Shown here in pieces: positions 10,508 to 17,194 of a stretch of 64,000 nucleotides of DNA (the stretch's first letter is position 1; every line of letters starts with the position of its first letter). The position numbers and the translations under genes are program-made. Under the pieces are notes generated by a model. That model saw only the letters and a program-made list of their open reading frames with translations, searched no databases and was not told where the DNA came from. This DNA is from an uncultured Candidatus Saccharibacteria bacterium (GTDB lineage: Bacteria > Patescibacteriota > Saccharimonadia > Saccharimonadales > VXPC01), in the NCBI GenBank assembly GCA_964534605.1, contig CAZHOS010000001.1:39198-103197 (forward strand). Direction: 5' to 3'.

Positions 10508-11791
10508 TTAGCTAGTTGCTGAATCTACGAGTTTGCGGAGAGATTTGTCTGTCAGGAGCCTAGCAGTTATGTCCTGTTTACCACGCGGAGTCTTAAGCTG
10601 CTCCTGCATCTTTGGGTCATTTGCGAATTGTTGGCGGTACTGGCTGGTTGCTGCCTCTATCTCTGCGTCTGAGGCCTTGATCCCCTCTGCACGAGCAAAC
10701 TCTGATAGTACGATGCCACCTTTTAGTCTATCGACTGCGCCGGGGCGTAGGTCTTTGACATGGTCGTCGGTGGTTTTGCCCTCGGCCTTAAGCCAATCTT
10801 CGTAAGTCTGGCCTCTCTGGGCAAGATTACGCTGGTGGTCGTGTTGCATGCGGTGGATCTGCTGGTTGATGAGCCCTTCTGGTAGCTCAATTTCGGATCC
10901 GTTAACGAGCTCTTCCATGATCGAGCTTTCGAGTTCCATACGAGCACGCTGCTCCTTCTCGCGGGTGATATTTTTGACTACATCGGCCTCTAGCTCTTTG
11001 ACTGTCTTGTACGGGCCGACTTTAGCTGCAAATGCATCGTCTACATCTGGGATGACAACTTCTTGGACTTTGTTAACCGTGACAGTAAAGGTAACTTTCT
11101 TGTTGGCCATAGCCGCAACGCCGTAGTCTTTGGGGAATGTCAGAGTAAACTCTTTGTTATCGCCCGCACTCATGCCGATCATTTCGTCCTCGAAGCCCGG
11201 TATAAATGTGTTCGTACCGATAGCGAGGGGGTAATCCTTGCCAGCAGCGCCCTGTATCGCTTCGCCTTTGGCATCTTTGCCGTCAAAATCTATCCAAACT
11301 TGGTCACCATCCTTGGCGGCACGCTTGACGTCTGACTTCTCGGACAAATCCATTTGTATGCGCTTGTAGACGGTATCTATGTCTTTTTTGTCTACTTTAA
11401 CGGCTGTATTCTTGCGCTTTACTTTGGTGTAGTCTGCTAGCTTTACCTCACCCAGATGATCGATAGTGACGTCCATCTCGACGGCACTAAATGGCACAAA
11501 CTTAGTTACTGCTACATTCGGTGCAATAGAAGGGCTAAGCTTGTGCTCGTTGACAGCTTTTTCGACAAGCGGAGGTACGGCGGCGTTCAAAAACGTATCG
11601 TTTAGCTTGGCTTGATCGGCATGTTTCTCTACTTCTGTAGCTGGTACGTTGCCTTCGCGGAATCCAGGTATCTTAAGGTCTTTACCGACTTCCTTAAGGG
11701 CGGCCTGTTTGTAGTCCGACAGATCTTTATCGTCGGCAACGATGGTTAGCTTGGTTTGCGTACTGGATAGTTTTTCGATGGATGTATTCAT
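10508..11791 (-). CDS. tig: trigger factor
   Basis: The N-terminus MNTSIEKLSSTQTKLTIVADDKDL...GFREGNVP matches the trigger factor ribosome-binding domain, with FKBP-like and C-terminal domains following. The start could instead be the GTG at 11809. Confidence 0.85.
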   Translation of the reverse strand: MNTSIEKLSSTQTKLTIVADDKDLSDYKQAALKEVGKDLKIPGFREGNVPATEVEKHADQAKLNDTFLNAAVPPLVEKAVNEHKLSPSIAPNVAVTKFVPFSAVEMDVTIDHLGEVKLADYTKVKRKNTAVKVDKKDIDTVYKRIQMDLSEKSDVKRAAKDGDQVWIDFDGKDAKGEAIQGAAGKDYPLAIGTNTFIPGFEDEMIGMSAGDNKEFTLTFPKDYGVAAMANKKVTFTVTVNKVQEVVIPDVDDAFAAKVGPYKTVKELEADVVKNITREKEQRARMELESSIMEELVNGSEIELPEGLINQQIHRMQHDHQRNLAQRGQTYEDWLKAEGKTTDDHVKDLRPGAVDRLKGGIVLSEFARAEGIKASDAEIEAATSQYRQQFANDPKMQEQLKTPRGKQDITARLLTDKSLRKLVDSATS

Positions 11792-11846
11792 AGACCAAGA
11801 CTTTACCACGGCTGGCTAAGTTTATCCATAGAAGATACTAGACGCG

Positions 11847-13148
11847 CTACGAGGAAACTGCGTCTAGGATGGCGTCTGGCGCTACCCTCTGTTTCTGCTG
11901 AGTATCAAGGTTTAGAAGCTCATAACTATCCTCGCGTAGCTCGTCCTCCCCGACAAACAGCACATGCCGTGCGCCTGCCTTTGCGGCAGCATCTATCTGC
12001 TTAGATATCTTACGTCCACTGGTATCTACAGCGACCTTTAGGCCATATATGCGTAGCTGCATGAATAGCTGCTGGGCTTGCTCGTAGACATCGCCCGCCA
12101 ACACAACGTATATATCCGTGGGGTTAGGAAGGTCAGACAGCAGATCATGAGTGCGCAGGAAGTCAACAATAGTCACGTCGCCCTTACCGAATCCTGCCGT
12201 CGGTACAGGATCAGCACCAAGTGCTCCAACGAGACCATCGTAGCGACCGCCACCAAATAGCGAGCGATTATTGTCTGGGCTCGTATCAAATACCTCAAAC
12301 ACAATCCCGGTGTAGTAAGCAAATCCTCTGACTATTGACGCGTCGAATCTAACGTTTTCTAGGCCGCTAGACTCAACCATCTGACTAAACTCCAAAAGAT
12401 CACGGTATCCTTTTGTCTGCAAGACATCTGCGTAAGCCTTTAAGTCGCTCGTATCCAGGAGTTGTATTAACTTTTGGTCTAGCCCGTTCTTTATGTTTTC
12501 TGTGCTTAGTATGTCTTTTAGCGCCTTAGCTGCGTCATCGGCAGATTTATACTTTTTGTATCTGTCTATGTACCCAAAAATATCATTAACTAGCGTCTCG
12601 TCTACACCCAAGTAGTCCAGGAGGTCTTCCATAAATGCCCGGCTGCCATAGCGCACTTCATACATATCTCTCGAAGCACCAAAACCCTCCATTATCTGCG
12701 AGGCAATCATCACCAGCTCGTGCTCAGCCTCCATACCCTCTACGCCAAATATGTCGACATTCAGCTGCCAGTGCTCTCGCAAGCGGCCCTTCTGAGGGCG
12801 CTCGTAACGCCATAGATTCGGTATGCTAAATAGACGTAGTGGGTAGGCTAATTCTTGGCGCTTGGCGGCAACCATGCGGCTCACGCTCGGGGTCATCTCG
12901 GGCCGTACGGCTACTTCCCTGCCTCCTCTGTCTGTAAAGCTGTAGACTTGCTCGTTAACTATCTCGCTAGATTCTTGGTTCTTTAAGCGGTAAAGATCTA
13001 GCGACTCAATCATCGGTGCATCGTATTCTTGGTAGCCAAAGCTTGCGCAAGCGCTGCGCCAAACTCCAAAGATATAATCCTGCAGTCGCTTGTCCTCGGG
13101 ATAGAAATCCCGAGTTCCTTTGTATGGTTGTATGCTTACTTTACCCAT
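11847..13148 (-). CDS. hisS: histidine--tRNA ligase
   Basis: MGKVSIQPYKGTRDFYPEDKR... class II aaRS motifs typical of HisRS; 433 aa. Confidence 0.9.
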   Translation of the reverse strand: MGKVSIQPYKGTRDFYPEDKRLQDYIFGVWRSACASFGYQEYDAPMIESLDLYRLKNQESSEIVNEQVYSFTDRGGREVAVRPEMTPSVSRMVAAKRQELAYPLRLFSIPNLWRYERPQKGRLREHWQLNVDIFGVEGMEAEHELVMIASQIMEGFGASRDMYEVRYGSRAFMEDLLDYLGVDETLVNDIFGYIDRYKKYKSADDAAKALKDILSTENIKNGLDQKLIQLLDTSDLKAYADVLQTKGYRDLLEFSQMVESSGLENVRFDASIVRGFAYYTGIVFEVFDTSPDNNRSLFGGGRYDGLVGALGADPVPTAGFGKGDVTIVDFLRTHDLLSDLPNPTDIYVVLAGDVYEQAQQLFMQLRIYGLKVAVDTSGRKISKQIDAAAKAGARHVLFVGEDELREDSYELLNLDTQQKQRVAPDAILDAVSS

Positions 13149-13235
13149 TTTGTAATCCCTTTTCTTTTAGTTTATCAGCTTTGGCCTTTTTATATTGTTC
13201 GTAAAACATTTTTTGCTCCGTATTCATTATCTATA

Positions 13236-13262
13236 AAAATCAAAAACGCCGAAGGGCCGGCG
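13236..13262 (-). terminator. rho-independent terminator downstream of the flavoprotein gene
   Basis: Minus strand reads AACGCCG-GCCCTT-CGGCGTT followed by TTTTTGATTTTTAT. Confidence 0.5.
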
Positions 13263-13365
13263 TTTTTAAAGGATAGTCACATCACAAAACTAACGCAGGC
13301 GGGCCTCCGGCGATATATGTAGATGCAAATTTGAATAATTCATAGGGTTAAGTATATCACGCTGT

Positions 13366-14586
13366 TTAGTTTCTTGCGGCATTGATACCGGCTATATAGC
13401 CTGTTGTCCAGCATAGCTGGAGCGAGTAGCCACCGGATGGTCTGTTGATATTAAGAAGGTCGCCTGTAACGTAAAGGTTGGTGATTTCCTTAGACCTCAT
13501 AGTTTTCGTGTCCAGATTCTCTAGGGCTAAGCCACCGTCTGCAACTACGGCTTTGTCAAACCCCATCAGGCTATCGACCTGAGCAGTTGCGCCACACAAC
13601 ACATCGACAATTTTGCTACGCAATACCTTACTGAGCTCGCTGCAGTTCTTAGCCTCGATCTCTTGTTTGCCAATAATCTGCGTAATGATTGGGCTTAGAC
13701 CGCCAGGCAAGAGCTCTTTGAGAACATTTTTGAGCATTTTTGCACGGTTAGATTCTAGCGCTTGGACTACTTTTTTGTCGACATCCTCCCTGTCTAGCTC
13801 AGGATAAAAATTAATTGCAACATGGACATCGCTAGACTCCAGTAGCTCCGCCACCCGGTAAGCATTATTGAGCACCAGTGGACCAGATACGCCGTAATGA
13901 GTAAAGAGCAGCCTCCCACGCTGTTTGAACTTCTTTTTGTTGCCTGCGCATAAAGACAGCTCCACCTCCGCAGATTTGCCCGCCACCGACGCAGGCCAGC
14001 TGTCTTTTAGCTTTAGTGGGGTAATACTGGGACTTGGCTCATCTACTGTATGCCCAAGCTCACGCAACCACTTAAATCCGTCACCCGTAGATCCGGTGTC
14101 CGGGCGGGATGTGCCACCGGTTGCCAGTATGTAGCTGTGGCCATGCACATCACCTTTCGATGTGCAGATACTGCTAATCGAACCCTGCTCTGTTTGAATG
14201 GACTCGACACGCACATCTGTAAGCACCTCTACTTTGCTGTGTGTCATGTCTTGTTCGAGCACCCTCAGAACATCCAAAGCTTTATTAGTAGTCGGAAATG
14301 CACGTTTACGATCCTCGATCTTTGTAGCTAGGCCACGAGAATTAAAATAATCTGCCGACTCTTGCATGCCAAACTGAGTGAATGCCGAGTAAAGGAACTT
14401 CTCTGACTTGCCGTAATTTTTGAGTAGCGTGCGCATGTCTTCCTCGGCATTGTAGACATTGCAACGGCCGCCGCCTGTTATGCGTAGCTTTTCGCCGAGG
14501 CGCTTGTTTTTTTCTAATAACAACACACTCGCCCCGCGGCTCGCAGCTGTAGCTGCGGCCATCATGCCACTCGCGCCACCACCCAC
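13366..14586 (-). CDS. HI0933/YhiN-family FAD-dependent oxidoreductase (aminoacetone-oxidase-like flavoprotein); N-terminus possibly frameshifted
   Basis: (M)GGGASGMMAAATAASRGASVLLLEKNKRLGEKLRITGGGRCNV is the HI0933 family signature. The ORF starts at a GTG directly on the GxGxxG motif, and an upstream ATG-ATG-TAG run in another frame reads DVVVV (see findings). Confidence 0.7.
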   Translation of the reverse strand: MGGGASGMMAAATAASRGASVLLLEKNKRLGEKLRITGGGRCNVYNAEEDMRTLLKNYGKSEKFLYSAFTQFGMQESADYFNSRGLATKIEDRKRAFPTTNKALDVLRVLEQDMTHSKVEVLTDVRVESIQTEQGSISSICTSKGDVHGHSYILATGGTSRPDTGSTGDGFKWLRELGHTVDEPSPSITPLKLKDSWPASVAGKSAEVELSLCAGNKKKFKQRGRLLFTHYGVSGPLVLNNAYRVAELLESSDVHVAINFYPELDREDVDKKVVQALESNRAKMLKNVLKELLPGGLSPIITQIIGKQEIEAKNCSELSKVLRSKIVDVLCGATAQVDSLMGFDKAVVADGGLALENLDTKTMRSKEITNLYVTGDLLNINRPSGGYSLQLCWTTGYIAGINAARN

Positions 14587-14673
14587 ACCACAACTACATC
14601 ATACTTATTCACCGCTATAGTCTACATCAATCAAATAGTACAATGTAGGAATATAGCGGAGCTATAATTTTTA

Positions 14674-15090
14674 CTAAAAATCATACTTTGAGTGGCATAC
14701 TGCGTGCCTCGGTATATCCTCACACTCTAAGCTAAAAGTTAATAGATATGAAGTTAAGGTGATTAACAGTAGGCTTGGTAAAAAATAGAGTCCTATCTTC
14801 CAAAATTTGTCTACCTTAAAACGCCCTAGATAAATTATTTTTGTAATAAGCAGACCAAGAAAGAATGGAATAAAATAAACCAGTGCAACTATAAAGTATT
14901 CAACCGTAAATATGTATGGGTCGCGTAGATACGTACTTACATCAGTCTCTATAATCGATGCACACTGCCTATCGAACTCAAAGCAGTAAGGTTCTGGAAG
15001 CAGCAACCAAAATGTTCCAGTAGCAAAGAATAGACAAAATATAAAAGCAATAACGTATTGCTTGAAAGTAAAGGTTTTGAATATCCCCAT
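14674..15090 (-). CDS. hypothetical small membrane protein encoded in an AT-rich segment
   Basis: 138 aa, very hydrophobic, with Phe/Ile/Tyr/Lys-rich codon usage and much lower GC than the flanking genes. Sits next to the tRNA-Leu locus. Confidence 0.45.
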   Translation of the reverse strand: MGIFKTFTFKQYVIAFIFCLFFATGTFWLLLPEPYCFEFDRQCASIIETDVSTYLRDPYIFTVEYFIVALVYFIPFFLGLLITKIIYLGRFKVDKFWKIGLYFLPSLLLITLTSYLLTFSLECEDIPRHAVCHSKYDF

Positions 15091-15131
15091 TAGCTGCTAA
15101 GTATAGCATCTGGACATACTTAACCGATAAA

Positions 15132-15163
15132 ACCAAAATAAAGAGTCCCAAATGGGACTCTTT
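15132..15163. terminator. palindromic hairpin flanked by A/T runs (bidirectional terminator-like)
   Basis: AAAATAAAGAGTCCC-AAAT-GGGACTCTTTATTTT: perfect 10-bp stem with A-run and T-run flanks, immediately 3' of the tRNA fragment. Confidence 0.5.
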
Positions 15164-15167
15164 ATTT

Positions 15168-15288
15168 TGGTGCCGTGGAAAGGACTTGCCCACGTCCCGC
15201 GGGCCCGAAACTTCGTCTTTGCAAACAAGTTTGCAAGAGAAGGTTTCCTTGCGATATGCCACTGGCATATCTCACCTTCACGCATTAT
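15168..15288 (-). other. partial duplicate of the tRNA-Leu 3' third (variable-arm end, T-arm, acceptor 3' strand, CCA) interrupted by an 85-nt structured insert
   Basis: Minus strand reads AATGCGTGAAGGT-[GAGATATGCCAGTGGCATATCGCAAGGAAACCTTCTCTTGCAAACTTGTTTGCAAAGACGAAGTTTCGGGCCCGCGGGACGTGGG]-CAAGTCCTTTCCACGGCACCA. Outside the insert it is identical to the 3' part of tRNA-Leu at 15348..15432. No 5' half (acceptor 5', D-arm, anticodon arm) is present. Confidence 0.6.
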
Positions 15289-15317
15289 GGCTCGGTTCAA
15301 CCCCTTTCCTAGTCAAA

Positions 15318-15347
15318 ATAAAAAGCCCCATATGGGGCTATTTATTT
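15318..15347 (-). terminator. rho-independent terminator immediately 3' of tRNA-Leu
   Basis: Minus strand AAATAAATAGCCCCATATGGGGCTTTTTATTTTG; GCCCCA-TAT-GGGGC stem followed by a T-run. Confidence 0.5.
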
Positions 15348-15432
15348 TGGTGCCGTGGAAAGGACTTGAACCTTCACGCATTGCTGCACTAGTTCCTAAG
15401 ACTAGCGTGTCTACCAATTCCACCACCACGGC
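15348..15432 (-). tRNA. tRNA-Leu (anticodon UAG), CCA encoded
   Basis: Minus strand GCCGTGGTGGTGGAATTGGTAGACACGCTAGTCTTAGGAACTAGTGCAGCAATGCGTGAAGGTTCAAGTCCTTTCCACGGCACCA (85 nt). Has 7-bp acceptor stem GCCGTGG/CCACGGC, D-stem GTG/CAC and anticodon stem CTAGT/ACTAG. Anticodon loop CUUAGGA gives anticodon UAG; long variable arm; T-loop TTCAAGT. Confidence 0.9.
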
Positions 15433-15453
15433 ATGTTAGTGTTGGACCGCACT

Positions 15454-15482
15454 ATTCTACTACCGTTTAACTTGTCTCGCAA
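15454..15482 (-). promoter_or_regulatory. sigma70-like promoter for tRNA-Leu
   Basis: Minus strand TTGCGA - 17 nt - TAGAAT, ending about 20 nt upstream of the tRNA 5' end. Confidence 0.5.
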
Positions 15483-15866
15483 CTATACTATGTAGGCAAT
15501 GTATGCCACAGCCGATGTTAGCACCACACCCCAGGCAGTATCGAGTGCCACCATCTGCCAGGGCCAACCTTTAATGACGGCTTTATTTGTAAATTCATAC
15601 GTTCCATAGGCGAATAGACCTAACAGTGCCCCGCGCCTAGCGACCTCCGACGCTTGGCCTTCGACGTCTAACCCTAGTTGGGACAAATATACGACCAAGG
15701 TAACGTAGCCAACGTAGAATATCAGTGCGGCCAGACCGTCTGGCTTTTTAGCAACAAGCTGAGGGGCATACTTGACCAAAGTTGGCTTGATAACAAACGC
15801 TATTACCGGCAGGTCGATCGCTGCCATCGCTACCCCTCCAATAATTACACTAATTATATAATCCAT
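15483..15866 (-). CDS. small integral membrane protein (about 4 TM), uncharacterised family
   Basis: 127 aa, hydrophobic segments throughout, WPWQ motif. No enzymatic motif recognised. Confidence 0.5.
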   Translation of the reverse strand: MDYIISVIIGGVAMAAIDLPVIAFVIKPTLVKYAPQLVAKKPDGLAALIFYVGYVTLVVYLSQLGLDVEGQASEVARRGALLGLFAYGTYEFTNKAVIKGWPWQMVALDTAWGVVLTSAVAYIAYIV

Positions 15867-15907
15867 ATGCTTTCTATCATACCATCATTCTTGTATAATT
15901 CGATGTA

Positions 15908-16585
15908 ATGAAATTGCTTAAAAGTACAATTCCTGAAGTTAAAGTACATAAAACTAGCGATCTATGTGAGCTAGATGGGTTCGCATCTTTGCACGCTTAT
16001 GGACATATCGGTCTTTCAGGTTTTATTGAAGCTACAGACATACCCCCGCTCAATTATTTCCAGGGCCTATACTGGCAAGACGTCTCCGGAATATTTACCG
16101 GAATATCTAGCGCAAGAGCTAGATCTATAAGCGTTCAGGAATCGAGAAACGCATCTAATGCACAGCTCCACGCTCTTGCGGCTAAGGTTCACGGCTTCGT
16201 TAGATCCATGCTTGAAGCTGCAGATTCGCCTTCTGCGAACTACATGGTAAATCGACCCTTACCTATACCCAACAAACTAGAGGCAGGCGGCTATGTCGAG
16301 CCTCATGCTGATGGAATAAGCTGTCATGTATATGTTGCTAGTCTTGCTCTTCATGGAATTGGATTACCTGCAATCAGGCTTGGTGTTGATCAAAATGCCG
16401 AAAACTGGGATGAATACGAAAACGAGATGACATACCAGCAGGATCCTGGAGATCTGATGATCTATGCTTGCGACATCAGAGACGCTTCAAATGTACAAGC
16501 AACTCTAAACCACCATGAGGTAAAATTGCCCGACAATAGCCTCGGTAGGCATACACTGGTAGTTGCTGGCGCTTGTACTAGCTAG
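15908..16585 (+). CDS. hypothetical protein with 2OG-Fe(II)-oxygenase-like HxD...H...RxT motif arrangement
   Basis: 225 aa. EPHADG, then about 70 aa later NHHEV, then RHT 11 residues after that, resembling the HxD/Hx10RxS facial triad of PhyH/2OG dioxygenases. The TATAAT box lies only 8 nt upstream of the ATG, so the mRNA may be leaderless. Confidence 0.4.
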   Translation: MKLLKSTIPEVKVHKTSDLCELDGFASLHAYGHIGLSGFIEATDIPPLNYFQGLYWQDVSGIFTGISSARARSISVQESRNASNAQLHALAAKVHGFVRSMLEAADSPSANYMVNRPLPIPNKLEAGGYVEPHADGISCHVYVASLALHGIGLPAIRLGVDQNAENWDEYENEMTYQQDPGDLMIYACDIRDASNVQATLNHHEVKLPDNSLGRHTLVVAGACTS

Positions 16586-17105
16586 CCTTGAGGATGCTAA
16601 TTGTCGCACGGGCGTAGGATCTTTGAGTGACAAGCCTGAGGCCATCTAGTTCTTCTGTGCGGTAATCCTTGGGGTGGCTAATCACCATCAGTCCACCAGG
16701 TGCAAGCATGCTGGCTAGTGCCCGCAGATGTAGGGGGTTCAGGTCCTGGTACGGCGGATCTGCAAAGATGAGATCAAAAGTGTAATCTACGTTCTTGGCC
16801 CAAGTAACAACGTTGGCTCGTGTGGCGCGGACGCTCTGTTTCAGACCTAGGTCCTCTATATTCTCGGTGATTGTTTTGTAGGCTTTTTTGTCCATATCGA
16901 CGGCATAGACGCTGGCGGCCCCACGACTAACTGCCTCAAAACCCAACGCTCCACTCCCGGCATAGGCATCCAGCACACTCAGGCCTTCTATGGGGCCCAG
17001 CATATTAAATAGGGCCCCCCTGGCACGCTCGCTCATTGGGTGCGTCCTATTGCCTGATGGGGCTTTAAAGATTCGGCCTTTGTGCTTTCCTGCAATCACT
17101 CTCAT
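16578..17105 (-). CDS. rsmD: 16S rRNA (guanine966-N2)-methyltransferase RsmD
   Basis: MRVIAGKHKGRIFKAPSGNRTHPMSERARGALFNML...DAYAGSGALGFEAVSRGA...FADPPY: RsmD signature including the DPPY motif. Start placed at the ATG at 17105. Confidence 0.8.
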   Translation of the reverse strand: MRVIAGKHKGRIFKAPSGNRTHPMSERARGALFNMLGPIEGLSVLDAYAGSGALGFEAVSRGAASVYAVDMDKKAYKTITENIEDLGLKQSVRATRANVVTWAKNVDYTFDLIFADPPYQDLNPLHLRALASMLAPGGLMVISHPKDYRTEELDGLRLVTQRSYARATISILKAS

Positions 17106-17194
17106 AGCTCTATTGTACCCCCTGCAGCGACACCGCACCATGTTTCTGTTCTTCTGCAGAACAAATAGTCTTAACGTTGTAAGATTTCCTGCTG

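Noticed and set aside
14342-14593. 83-aa table ORF MWCGWWREWHDG... overlapping the flavoprotein 5' end
   Set aside because: It is an out-of-frame read of the flavoprotein N-terminal region. It is relevant only as evidence for a possible frameshift there (see findings).
15168-15288. Second tRNA gene upstream of tRNA-Leu
   Set aside because: Only the 3' third (variable-arm end to CCA) is present, and it is split by an 85-nt insert in the T-loop. No acceptor 5' strand, D-arm or anticodon arm could be found, so it is not a functional tRNA.
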